DNA from: Tubulanus polymorphus
Taxonomy: Eukaryota; Animalia; Nemertea
Direction of reading: 5' to 3'
Assembly (NCBI RefSeq): GCF_964204645.1
Contig: NC_134034.1
Location: 4,686,914 to 4,750,913, forward strand
Length of the DNA: 64,000 bases
Both the position numbers and the translations under genes were made by a program. The notes beneath the pieces are model-generated. The model made no database searches, was not told the DNA's origin, and saw only the letters and a list, made by a program, of their open reading frames with translations. This document shows, piece by piece, positions 20,732 through 32,327 of this stretch. How positions within the stretch are numbered: the stretch's first letter is position 1; each line of letters begins with the position of its first letter.

Positions 20732-23700
20732 TTTAATAACATATTTTTATTAAAATTTGATTAACACGTTAGAATTCTTTTCATTATCTCGTTCTCTTTT
20801 GTTTCTTCTCTTTTAAATTTTAAGTATTCATCTAAATTACAACCATAAGCAACTGTATGGATTCCATCATCTAATATATATCGTTTATCATCAAATGGGT
20901 TTAGACTTATCTTTTCAATTTCTTCAATAAACATTTCATGATCTTCAGATCTTAAACATCTCATCTTATGTTTTCTAACTTCTTCATTGAATATACAATT
21001 GATGTAATCTTTGAAATGAATATTCTTTTCTACTACACTTTTGGTTATTCCTTTTAACTTTTTAGCTTCATTTTCTTTAGTTTTATATGAATACATTTTA
21101 GATCTAATACCAATGAATTCAATCATTTCTTCACCACCTAATTCATCTTTGAATTTACCGGGAACTTTTTTATTATCATTGCTAAACAATTCATGATCTT
21201 TAGGATAGTTACTAAAATCAAAATGATGTTTTAATGTTTTTAAATCATCAGTTATGTTATCAGTTTTTATCTTTAATATGTAAGTATCTGTATCAAAATA
21301 TAATATTTCTATATGTTTTTCTCCAAAAAGTGGTTGTAATACATTATAATAGAATTCATACATTAGTAATTTTGATAATTCTAAAACTGAAGCGCCAACA
21401 TAGATTGGTTTATTAAATTCCATTGATGTTCTTCTCATCTTAACTGCAGCTAAATTTTCATCAAATATTCTGTTACCAATGAACTTAGGATATGTTTGTA
21501 AATGTCTAATTCTTTTACCATTACTAACTAACTCAATATCATTTCTATTTCTAATATTTTCACAAGTCTTACCATAGAATGCATTATTCATTAACTTGAA
21601 GAAATCTTTCTCGAAATCAGTTTTAGCTTTAGTTCTCTGTTTGGTGTTAAAATCTATATATTTTTCTATCTCTTAGATTGATTGAATGAAATATATCTAT
21701 GTACTTTTTTTAGAACCATTCCTTGTTTTAGATAAAACTTTAACATTCTATAATGTACTACATGATTATATTTATCTTCTTGAGTTACCATTAACTTTTC
21801 TGTATGAATATGATTTTCGGGTTTAATTCTTTTTTGATAATTTGATAATTCTTTATGAGTAACAGTTTTATGTTCGGGGCAGTAAGCTAGATTTCTAGAT
21901 TTAAATTTAATATGTTCAGGATATTCTAAGTCAACAACAAAGAGGTAACCAGTATCTGAATCATCTGCAATATCTAGAATTCTTTTCTTCCAATCAAATT
22001 TATCATTATTTTCATTCTGTAAAACTTCACTTATTTCAAATACTGCATAAGGTTGTGGTTCCATCATTGCCCAACCATACAAATTATTTGCATCTATATA
22101 TAATAACTTATATCCGGGGTTATCAATTACATCGAAATATCTATCACCTAATACACCTGAAACTCCTCCTCTTATAGATTTTTCAAATAATAATAATTGA
22201 TCTATATTTGTTAACAAATCCATTTTTATATCTGTAAATTTTAATCCACAATCCCATGTTAATCCTGGTGATGAATAACAATGACAAGGATCAATGTTAA
22301 AATATTTTAGGTTTACATCTCTAAACCTTTCGAATATATCGGTTAATAATAATACATCTGATTTTAAATATAAATCAACTAATTGCCCATGATTTTCTAT
22401 TTTGAAATGATTCCAAATATTCAATGTTCTATTATAGACTTCATCTTTAACATATTCATTTTTTAATACATCATAGAATTGTTCTTTCAATAATTCAGTT
22501 ATGTTAAAATCATTATGATTTTTATAGAAAGAATATGGAATTGCGCCTTTATATCTCATTAATTGAAAATCATCATTATTTGGGTAATGTTGCTTTAATA
22601 TTTTTAATTCATCATCAACTAATGATTTTGATAAGTTATCTAATGAACTATTTAAAAATCTATATGAATCTATAAATCTTAAACACCCAAATTGGAATGA
22701 TATATAATTCTCAGATGTTTTAGCTAACATTCTAAATTTATAAGTTGGTATTTTATCTTTTGATCTATTTGAATTTAATATTTCTATTTCATTATTGATT
22801 TCTTCTATTTTATGGCATAACTGTTTGTAATAAATGTGCATCATATCCTGATAGATTATGAAATATAACTGGTACAAAGTTAATTTTCTTAGCTTGTAAG
22901 TTACAATTCTCATGCGCAGCGCCTCTAAACTTTCCATTCAAATGATCATGGTCTCTTACTTTTTTATCTTTATAATTAAATATCTTTTCGCAATTATAAC
23001 ATTTACCTGCAAACACAAATTCTTCTTTATCTTTTTCTGTAATTATAATTTCTATATTTGTATTCAATAATTTACTAAATCTTATTTCATATTCAATTAA
23101 TAAGTCACAAAAATGATTGATAACATTTTCATTTCTGTAATGATAATATTCACTTTCAATTAGTTCTGGATAATCAGATTTAATATATAATCCAAAAGCT
23201 GCAGCTGATTGATGAATCTTTTTAATTGTATTTGTTATTGGTGGTTCATCTGAAAAATCATTTTCATTAGAATTTAATTTCTTTCTTTTATAATATATTT
23301 CTTTTCTATCTTGATCAGTTAGTTCTTTATTTAATGATTCAAAATCTCCATATATTACAAATGGTACTTTATTTTTGTAATCATATTTTTTGAATTCTAA
23401 TATTTTATCCTTTTCATTTGGTAAAACTAATTTACAATAATCATGATTTTCACATAATAGTTTATGATTTAATAATGCACTTTCATTACTGAATCTATGT
23501 AAACATTTTCTACATAGATATATTTTATTATCAAAATCATTTTCTGATTTAAAAAATAAATCAATTCTTTTAATCCACGTATAATGATTCTCATAATATA
23601 GTATATCTATAACATCATTTGAATCATAATCTTTTGATAGATATAAAGGTTCTAATGTATAATGTTTTATGTTGTTACCTTTTGTATTTGGTAATTTGAT

Positions 23701-24804
23701 TAAATCAAATACATTTATCTTTATATTATTATCTCTTTCTATTTTTGGGATGTTTTTAATTATAACAGGATACTTATCTATCTTATAATTATTTTCAAAT
23801 GGTTTATAATGAGTTAATCTAAAACTATGTTGTTTATAATCTTCAACTGGGTGTAAACAACTTATTATAGCCCATAGAAAACATTTATCATCAAAATTCT
23901 GTACATTTATTACAGCATTAGTTTTAAATGGTAGTTTAATATAACTTGTTCCATTTATACTATCATCTTTATGATAAGATAAATTATTTTCATCTATTGG
24001 TTTCGATTTAGTTAACTTATTATATTTTGTGTTATAAACATGTAAAGTCATAAATATTATTTCATCAAATATTAAACCAGATCCTTCAAAATATTTCTCT
24101 TCTATTTTAGTTTTTACTTCATTATAACATTTATCTAATTTATCATCTATATGTTGTTTTGAAATAATATGTTGTGAATGAGAATTTATATTATATATTG
24201 GTTTATCTTCAGATTTTATGAATTTAACTTTAGAAGATATACTTATTTTAGGATATTCAACATCAGTTATTATTTTTATTATTTCTTTCATATTTTCTAA
24301 ATGATTTTTATTTTCTTCTAATGTTTTTCCTTTATGAAATTTAAACTCGATAGCTGCTGGACCAATATCACTTTTAAATGCTTCGGTTATCTCTATATCT
24401 TTTTTATTATCTAATGAATTAATATAATTTCTTACATCTTCCATGTATGGTCTTTTATTGTTTAATTTATTTTTTATGCTTTTAATTGTCTTCTGTTTCT
24501 TATCGTTACCATTATCAAAATAATCTTCACCTAAAATATCATTATTCTTATTTCTAATATGACTTATAGATTTTAAATGTTCTTTATAATATCTTTTATC
24601 ACTGAATGATTGATTACATGTATCACATTTGTATGTTTCTTTTTCATTCTTTAATTCTTCTAATTTAGTTTCTAATATATCATCTTTATAGAACGATGAC
24701 CACACTCAAACGTGGTGAACGGATAATAAGATAAAATCCCACTATTTACAGATTAAAAGAATTTAAAAACAAGAATTTATTTATTAAATCTAAAATATTT
24801 AAAA

Positions 24805-24847
24805 GACACGACGTTTCGATCTCACCCTAGAGATCATCGTCAATGTG
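24805..24847 (-). ncRNA. Hammerhead ribozyme copy in PLE-2 pLTR (core slightly mutated)
   Basis: Minus strand cacaTTGACGAtGATCTCtagggtGAGATCGAAACGTCgtgt. Confidence 0.65.
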
Positions 24848-24923
24848 AGAAATAGACTTAAAACAGGGGTATATATACAGAGGAGGACAGGTTAATTGAG
24901 TAAATTGGTGAGTGAGTAAATAA

Positions 24924-26228
24924 TTAGTGTTTGGCGAGGCATGAAGTAATATACTTAGAAAGAAGGAAATTATGCGGAGAAAAGCCATTATTTAAATTGG
25001 TACTAATATCTGAGTGACGAGTAATTAGGGCAGACTCAACTATGTGGCGTTTAGTGTAATTGCTGGAAGTATAAATAATTTCGGCTTTATCAAAATTAAA
25101 ACGATGACCAGTGTTCCAAACGTGATTGGCTACGCCACTAGCCGGTTTTTGATTTATTATATCCTTTTTGTGTTCCGAAATTCGAGTTTTTAAATCACGA
25201 CCAGTTTCTCCAAAGTAAATTTTATCACAGCCAAAACAAGGAATTTTGTAAACTCCGCAGTCCAAAGGTTTAGATTGATTGTTTTTAACCAAAGTCTTAC
25301 TAATTTTGTTTTCATACGTGAAAATGATTTGTTTATCCAATAAAGGGAGAGAGTGACGAAACTTTTCCAAAACAGGTACATACGGAACTACAATGAACTC
25401 TGAAATATGTTTTTTATTTTCTGGAGGTTTAGAATTGAAGAAAGTACGTTTAGCCTTAGAAATAGCAATTTTCAAAATGTGATCAGGGTAAGCCAATTTT
25501 CTAAGAGAGTTGGATATATGGTCAAATTCAGCCGAAAGGAAGGTTTCATCGCAGATCTGCAGTGCACGGAGAAAGAGGCCTTGAGCGAGACCGATTTTGA
25601 TTGATTTGGCAGTAAACGAAAAGAAGTGAAGGTATGCCTCGGCGTTGATAGGTTTACGGTAGACTGAGAAAATCAAATGAGAAAATTTGTTGTGAATTAG
25701 AACATCTAAAAACGGAATTTGGTCATTTTGTTCCCATTCAAAAGTGAAATTCAAAGATGGATATTGGGAGTTGATGAAGTCGATAAAAGAGGTGAGATCA
25801 AAATTATCAGAAACTAAGCTCAGAATGTCATCAACATATCTAATCCAAAAGTTAGGTTTAGAGCCAGCGTACTTAGGGAGAATTTCGGATTCAAAGTGTT
25901 CAAGGAAAAGATTAGCCAAAATCGGGGATAATGGGTTACCCATAGCGAAACCGAAAATTTGTTCATAGAATTTGTCTTGGAATTGGAAATATAAATTGGT
26001 AGTACAGAGTTCCAAAAGTTCAAGTAAACATTCTACAGGAATTGGGAGATCAAGATTGGAGTCCGGGAGTTTTCTTCTTAAGAAATTGAGAGTTGGTTCC
26101 AATGGTATATTAGTGAACAAGGAAACAGCGTCGAAAGATATAAATTTTTGTCCATTAGGTTTGAGATTTTTGAGTTTGTCTAAAAGATCCATATTGTGAC
26201 GAATGTGAGAATCAGAAAAAGTACCCAA
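24924..26228 (-). CDS. PLE-2 RT + GIY-YIG endonuclease (5'-truncated)
   Basis: SFDAVSLFTNIP, GFAMGNPLSP, RYVDD, IPFLD, GVYKIPCFGC..YFGETGR motifs. Confidence 0.92.
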   Translation of the reverse strand: MGTFSDSHIRHNMDLLDKLKNLKPNGQKFISFDAVSLFTNIPLEPTLNFLRRKLPDSNLDLPIPVECLLELLELCTTNLYFQFQDKFYEQIFGFAMGNPLSPILANLFLEHFESEILPKYAGSKPNFWIRYVDDILSLVSDNFDLTSFIDFINSQYPSLNFTFEWEQNDQIPFLDVLIHNKFSHLIFSVYRKPINAEAYLHFFSFTAKSIKIGLAQGLFLRALQICDETFLSAEFDHISNSLRKLAYPDHILKIAISKAKRTFFNSKPPENKKHISEFIVVPYVPVLEKFRHSLPLLDKQIIFTYENKISKTLVKNNQSKPLDCGVYKIPCFGCDKIYFGETGRDLKTRISEHKKDIINQKPASGVANHVWNTGHRFNFDKAEIIYTSSNYTKRHIVESALITRHSDISTNLNNGFSPHNFLLSKYITSCLAKH

Positions 26229-26546
26229 AGCCGGGGAGAGTACTTTAGCCAGATATTTGGAGAGCCGATATGATGGAGAATTGATAGAAATGATCGGTCT
26301 TAACGGTGAATTGGGTTTATGAATTTTTGGAAGACCATAAGCATAAGGAAGATTTGGAAGTCGAGAGTTTTCTTGGAGATGTTTTTTAAACCTAAATTAA
26401 AAGCTGATTGCATCTTTTTCAAAGGGTTGTTTTTGATGGATTTGTAGAAATTGGAATCGCCAAACACTAATTATTTACTCACTCACCAATTTACTCAATT
26501 AACCTGTCCTCCTCTGTATATATACCCCTGTTTTAAGTCTATTTCT

Positions 26547-26590
26547 CACACCTGACGATGATCTCTAGTGTGAGATCGAAACGTCGTGTC
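26547..26590 (+). ncRNA. Type I hammerhead ribozyme in inverted pLTR of PLE-2
   Basis: cacac-CTGACGA-t-GATCTC(tagtgt)GAGATC-GAAAC-GTC-gtgt; canonical core and GUC cleavage triplet. Confidence 0.85.
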
Positions 26591-27045
26591 TTTTAAATAT
26601 TTTAGATTTAATAAATAAATTCTTGTTTTTAAATTCTTTTAATCTGTAAATAGTGGGATTTTATCTTATTATCATCTTTATATTCTAGTTTCAATTTATT
26701 CTCTTAATGTGTTTTAGTTTTATTGTGTCTTGCTTTTTGGGATTTATCTATATTGGTATTACATGTTGGACAGTAGTACTTATTTGCTTCCATTTTAATA
26801 CTAAAATTTTTAATATAATATTATAAAAAAAAACAATAACTTCAACTAGCTAGTGAATTCTATTTTATTTTTAATATTTTCTTTTCAAAAAGAGAATACT
26901 TCATATTTTGAATAGATTCAAATAGAAATTCTTTAAATTCAAATAGCTAGTACCAGTAGTCAATACTAGAATTCTTTAACTTTAACTATCTAGTATCATT
27001 TTATAATACTTATAATATTTTTCTTATTAAATTTCTCTAATATAA

Positions 27046-27647
27046 ATGTCAAAGAAATCGAGTAAGAATAGTATTGATATTGAAAAAACATTAGATGATT
27101 TGGGTATTAGTGATAATAAAGATACAGTTGTTTCTAATTCTATTCAAGTTAATAACAATATTGATTATGAATACTACTTATATTGTAAGCATCATCTTGA
27201 ATTATTAATTGCTGGCGGGAAATCTAAGGATTTCTTGGGAAAAATAATAACTTTTCAAGAATTAGATGCTATGAAACCAGATAAAGTAATAAAATATTTT
27301 AAGATTTATGAAGAAGCTAGATTAGCTAGAATAAATGATTCTATTTCAGATGGTATTGTCAAATGTTATTCAAGTTATGTAACCAGTTAATACCAATTGA
27401 TGATGAAAATAAATTATGTAGTGATTTGAAAAATGACTACTTAGTTATGACTGAATTACAAAAATGGGTTGGTTATGCTTCATTTCAATTAGGATCGGTT
27501 ATGACGTTAATTTCTACTGGCGTCATAACATTTTCGAACATCAAACCTATGGAATATAAATCAGGTAAGAATGAAACGGATGTACTACAACCAAACGGTG
27601 AAACAGAAAATGAATCAGAACAAAAATTAACTAAAATAAATGAGTGA
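27046..27647 (+). pseudogene. 200-aa conserved protein, frameshifted (A)
   Basis: Two fragments match 44950..45552. Confidence 0.85.
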
Positions 27648-28008
27648 TGGAGTTAAGAAAAAGGTTAGATCCGAGAAACAAATTAAATGGGCAAGAGAAT
27701 TAGGTAATAGATCTTCAGAATTAAAAAAAGCCAAAAAAAAGAAATTAACTGATATAAATGAATCACAGACTTTATCTGATATTAATTCAAATAATAATCC
27801 ATCTGATACTTCTAATAGTGGAAGAAATAATTACTTATATATTACAATTCGGTTAATCACAATTATTATATTCTCTGGTGTAATGTATAAATCAAAATTC
27901 AAATCTGATGATAAAGATGATTCCAATGATGATAAACCTATCATACCAGAAAATAAGTCAAATCATAAAGCCATTGAAACTAACTCTAAATTATTATTAA
28001 TGGATTAA
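27640..28008 (+). CDS. Small basic single-pass membrane protein (A)
   Basis: Ortholog of 10863..11261. Confidence 0.7.
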   Translation: MSDGVKKKVRSEKQIKWARELGNRSSELKKAKKKKLTDINESQTLSDINSNNNPSDTSNSGRNNYLYITIRLITIIIFSGVMYKSKFKSDDKDDSNDDKPIIPENKSNHKAIETNSKLLLMD

Positions 28009-28014
28009 AATAAG

Positions 28015-29149
28015 ATGAAAAAAGAAAAAATATTTAAGAGATTTATATTATAACCCAGAAAGTGAAGTATCATATTCTAGCGTTTCAGAATTATGGAATA
28101 AAATTAAATCTGATAAAGAAAATGGTAATATAAAATATGGTGAATTAAAATCATGGTTACAAAATCAACCAACATATCAAATCCACAAGAAAATGGATAA
28201 AACTTATTTAACAAGAAAAGTTATGGTTTCATATATCGATCAACAATGGCAAGCAGATTTAATTGACATGAAGAACTTAGAGGAATACAACACAAGATAT
28301 TTCTGGATACTGAAGAACTTAGAGGAATACAACACAAGATATTTCTGGATACTGAATGTTATAGACATATTCAGTTGATACACATGGTCAATTCCAATCA
28401 AAAATAAAACTGGTATAGAAGTAACAAATGCTTTTAAATCAATATTTAAAGAAGCTATTCCAGATAAGATACAATTCGATGAAGGTAAGGAATTTTATAA
28501 CAAACATTTCAAAAAACTTTTATCTGATAACGATGTAGATTATTTTTCAACACACTCAGATAAAAAAGCATCTTTTATAGAAAGATTTAATAAAACATTG
28601 AAATCTAGAATGTGGAAATATTTTACTACTAATGAAACATATAAATATATCGATGTATTAGATGATTTAGTGAAAGGTTATAATAATTCTAAACATAGTT
28701 CTATAAATATGAAACCTATACAAGCTAGAAAAGAAGATAATTCGGAAGTAGTTTGGAATAATTTATATGGTGCGTTTGTTACACATGATTTCGGAGAACC
28801 TAAATTTAAAATAGGACAACACGTTAGAATATCTAAATATAGAAAAACATTTTATAAAGGTTATACCCCAAATTTTACTGAAGAAATATTTAAAATTAAA
28901 AAGATGATATAAACTAAACCATTTGTTTATAAATTAGAAGATCTAAAAGATGAGGAAATATTAGGTTATTTCTATGAACAAGAATTATCACTTGTACCAA
29001 ACCCAGATGAAATAGAATACAAAATAGAAAAAGTATTAAAAACAAAAACTTTTAAAGGAAAAAAGTATTCTTTAGTGAAATATAAAGGATATGATGATAA
29101 ATTTAATGAATGGATTTTATCTAGTAAAATTAAAAGAATAAATGAATAA
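28015..29149 (+). pseudogene. rve integrase-chromodomain, disrupted (A)
   Basis: Frameshift, stops and a tandem duplication of KNLEEYNTRYFWIL. Confidence 0.9.
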
Positions 29150-29753
29150 AGATTTATTTATATTTGAACCGCATAATATGTTAGTTACTGGAGTAACAAA
29201 CTGTGGTAAAACACATTTCATATTAGATTTGTTAGAAACTATTTATAAGAATCATTTTGATAATATGATATTATTCTGTCCTACTTATGAAATGAATAAA
29301 ACATATAATAGAGATATAGTTAAGATAAAAAAGTTTATTATATTAGATCCTAAAACAGTTAAAGAAAATTTAGATAATTGTATAAATATAGCAATTGATA
29401 CTTATAAAGGATCAAATACATTATTCATTATAGATGATTGTGCAAATTTACATGATTCAAAAGTGAGAGAAAGTGAGTTATGTTATCTAGCTTTCTCTGG
29501 GAGACATTTCGGGATAACAACATGGGTTTTAAATCAAAAATATAATTCAATTGTTGAAGACTTTAGGGAGAATATAAGATTTCTAGTTTTATTCTACAAT
29601 AAAGATAGAAAATCTATGCAACAATCATTGGAAGAAAATCAAATAATACCTACTGAATTACATGATGAATATATGAATAAATTAAAGAATAATAAAGGTT
29701 CAAAATTATTACTGAGGCTTCAATTTCCATATGAATATAAATTTATAAAATAA
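29142..29753 (+). CDS. A32-like packaging ATPase (A)
   Basis: GVTNCGKT, IIDD; intact. Confidence 0.9.
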   Translation: MNKDLFIFEPHNMLVTGVTNCGKTHFILDLLETIYKNHFDNMILFCPTYEMNKTYNRDIVKIKKFIILDPKTVKENLDNCINIAIDTYKGSNTLFIIDDCANLHDSKVRESELCYLAFSGRHFGITTWVLNQKYNSIVEDFRENIRFLVLFYNKDRKSMQQSLEENQIIPTELHDEYMNKLKNNKGSKLLLRLQFPYEYKFIK

Positions 29754-29764
29754 CTATTTATATA

Positions 29765-30105
29765 TCTATCTATCTAATACGTATTAAATACGTATTAGAT
29801 ACGTATTAAATACATTAATACTTAAAACCCCCTTTTTAAAATAAATATTATTCATACAATTTTCAACCAATTTATTTTTATTTTTTCAACTAATATATGA
29901 ATAAGTTTGAAAATAATAAAGGTTATTTATTATTACTGAGGTTTCAATATAAATTGAAAAAAAAGTATAATTTAAGGTATTTTCAAATAATATGTATTAG
30001 ATATGTATTAGATATGTATTAGATACGTATTAGATACCTTAAATACCTTAAATACTTAAAAACCCTTTTTTTATTTACTATTATTTTATACAATTTTCAA
30101 CCAAT
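29765..30105. repeat. Duplicated block of 11-bp tandem repeats (TACGTATTAGA-like) between convergent genes (A)
   Basis: Two arrays, each followed by atacttaaaa-ccc-ttttt..atacaattttcaaccaa. Confidence 0.75.
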
Positions 30106-30136
30106 ATTATTATTTGTGTTAAATATAATTAATATT

Positions 30137-31027
30137 TTAATCACTTTCACTCTCATACCCCATCAATTTTTTCAAATTCTCTACCGAATTTTCTTCTTCA
30201 AATTCTTTATTATTTTTATACTTATTCTTCACCCTTTTTACCGCATCATCAATAGTTGTTTCATTGTTATGCTTATTCATCCAATCAAATTTATCATTAT
30301 TTTCTACTTTATGTTTCATAGAATCTTTAATATCAATATGCTTATCTGTAACTATATTTTCATTGTCATCTTTCTTAGTGTTTGACTTCAACATTTCATT
30401 TACAATGTTTGATCCTAATATTTCTTTAGCAGCAGATAAATCTAATTTATCATTACTACGTTCCTTAGATAAAAATTCACCTAATGAATCTTTATATAAA
30501 TCTTTACCATCTACTTTTTTATTTGAAACAAACTTTGTAACATAATTAAATGGGTGTTCTATAAATTCTCTTATACCAACACGACCTATTACATTAATAA
30601 TATGTGAATTTGGATTCATATGATTATTCCATTTTGATGGAGCGTTTGAAAATTCACCTTTACAATAATCGCAATGATTTCTATTTTCACTAATATTTAA
30701 TATTATTTCATTATTAGATGTAGAAGGTATTACATTATTAGATGTAGAAGGTATTACTTTATTAGATGTAGAAGGTATTACATTATTAGATGTAGAAGGT
30801 ATTGCATTATTAGATGTAGAAGGTATTACATTATTATCAATTACATTACTTAAATTATCAACAACACCACTTTTATTATTATCGATTTCTATTAGTTTAG
30901 TTTTATAAATTTTGAAAATAGGATCAAATATCAAAGCTATATTACAAGGTATTACATAATATAAACCATCATTATTTTCATGTGTATCGATGTATGGAAT
31001 ATGTTTATATACTTTACCTCCTTCCAT
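30137..31027 (-). CDS. Variable Zn-finger protein with 8-aa NNVIPSTS repeats (A)
   Basis: Five repeat units; HCDYC..H....H finger. Confidence 0.75.
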   Translation of the reverse strand: MEGGKVYKHIPYIDTHENNDGLYYVIPCNIALIFDPIFKIYKTKLIEIDNNKSGVVDNLSNVIDNNVIPSTSNNAIPSTSNNVIPSTSNKVIPSTSNNVIPSTSNNEIILNISENRNHCDYCKGEFSNAPSKWNNHMNPNSHIINVIGRVGIREFIEHPFNYVTKFVSNKKVDGKDLYKDSLGEFLSKERSNDKLDLSAAKEILGSNIVNEMLKSNTKKDDNENIVTDKHIDIKDSMKHKVENNDKFDWMNKHNNETTIDDAVKRVKNKYKNNKEFEEENSVENLKKLMGYESESD

Positions 31028-31059
31028 TTATTATATAAATTTTTATTAAAGTTAAAATT

Positions 31060-32307
31060 TTAATACATAACACTATTTAATTGAGAATTTACAATATTTA
31101 ATTGTGCGTCAGATATAATATAAATATGCATTTTGAAATTTAGGCTTCCTTTTTTCTTTGTAATGAATAATTGTATTCCATCTTTAGTGTTTTGTAGTTT
31201 TTTTCCAGAACCATGTAATGAATTATCCTCTGTTGTTCTAAAATCTAACCATAATGCATATTTATTACCGGTATAATAATCAATTTGATTAATATTACAA
31301 TTTTCAGATGATTTTACTATTTCATTCATAAAATGTTTTCCAATTTCTGGCCATTGATCAATCATTCTCATTCCTTGACAAAATATTTTATTTGCTATTC
31401 CTTCGATAGTTATTTCTACTTTTGTTATTTCAGGATTATAATAATTATCAACATTTATTGCACCATTAGTATATGTTGCAATGGTAAAAAATATTAATAT
31501 ACCTTTAATAGATCTTCTTGGGAAGTTAATATTCTCATTAATTATTTCATCATTTGCATTAATAGTTACAGTTTTAAATTTATCAATATAATCATATAAT
31601 AATGAAAATCCTTGATTGTATTTAGTTTGAATTACACTTGAAATATTTTCATCAGTTACTGTATCATATTCTAAACATATATTCGATAATTTATAACCCA
31701 TATCTTTAACAACGCTAGATATTACAATTTCATTAACAGGAGCAAATGTTATTTCGAATATAACATCTTCTTGAATTGCGTATTTATATAAAGGCGCATT
31801 ATTATTTATCAATTCAAAGTCTAATGGAATTTTATATTTGCTTCCATAAATCTTTTTTATCAAATTATCTGCGGTGCGAGTTACTATTGCGTCATTAGCT
31901 CCTGATCTTAATTTATTCTGGTTTTCTGATTGGATGCCTTGAAATATCATATTATTTCTATTTTCTTTAGTTAACCATAAATCTTTATAATGCATAAATA
32001 AATTATAATCATCTAATGAGAAAACTGTTTCTGGACCAATCTTTATTGTTAATTTTTTAATCAAATATCTTCCAACATTATCAACAACATAATTATTATT
32101 ATTACCGATTACTTTTATATCGGCTGATAAATAAATACTATTTGGAACATAAAAAGTATTTTGTGTTAATCGAGGAATTCTAACATATAAAGTTTCATCG
32201 GGATTAATATTAGAAGGGTTATGAGTAATTATATGATGTGATCTTTCTGCTTTAATAGCATTAGATATTCTATGATTCTTAGAAGGATTGATATAACTCC
32301 CACTCAT
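31060..32307 (-). CDS. Major capsid protein (double jelly-roll, adintovirus-type) (A)
   Basis: 415 aa, beta-rich; ITHNPSNI...LYVRIP, RRSIKGIL, NPEITKVEITIEG, LWLDFR..HGSG, ISDAQLNI motifs; highly conserved among copies. Confidence 0.8.
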   Translation of the reverse strand: MSGSYINPSKNHRISNAIKAERSHHIITHNPSNINPDETLYVRIPRLTQNTFYVPNSIYLSADIKVIGNNNNYVVDNVGRYLIKKLTIKIGPETVFSLDDYNLFMHYKDLWLTKENRNNMIFQGIQSENQNKLRSGANDAIVTRTADNLIKKIYGSKYKIPLDFELINNNAPLYKYAIQEDVIFEITFAPVNEIVISSVVKDMGYKLSNICLEYDTVTDENISSVIQTKYNQGFSLLYDYIDKFKTVTINANDEIINENINFPRRSIKGILIFFTIATYTNGAINVDNYYNPEITKVEITIEGIANKIFCQGMRMIDQWPEIGKHFMNEIVKSSENCNINQIDYYTGNKYALWLDFRTTEDNSLHGSGKKLQNTKDGIQLFITKKKGSLNFKMHIYIISDAQLNIVNSQLNSVMY

Positions 32308-32327
32308 TTATTTAACAAAAAAATTAA

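Larger units (their letters stand above)
24691..26669 (-). mobile_element. 5'-truncated Penelope-like element PLE-2 with inverted pLTRs
   Basis: TSD TATCATCTTTATA at 24678-24690 and 26670-26682; inverted repeat ~24722-24937 versus ~26458-26673. Confidence 0.92.
20761..26793 (-). pseudogene. polB: Protein-primed family B DNA polymerase (B), frameshifted and interrupted by PLE-2
   Basis: YGDFES, RDHDHLNGKFRGAAH, FHNLSGYD, DANNLYG, KLMNNAFYGK, YFDTD motifs; N-terminus MEANKYY at 26793 beyond the PLE. Confidence 0.93.
7344..26812. mobile_element. Polinton element B nested in A; right hairpin deleted
   Basis: Starts AGTAATAGGG + hairpin + pPolB-type promoter; full gene set; after its pPolB ATG (26793, minus strand) only ~20 bp of TIR remain before A sequence resumes. 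Confidence 0.88.
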
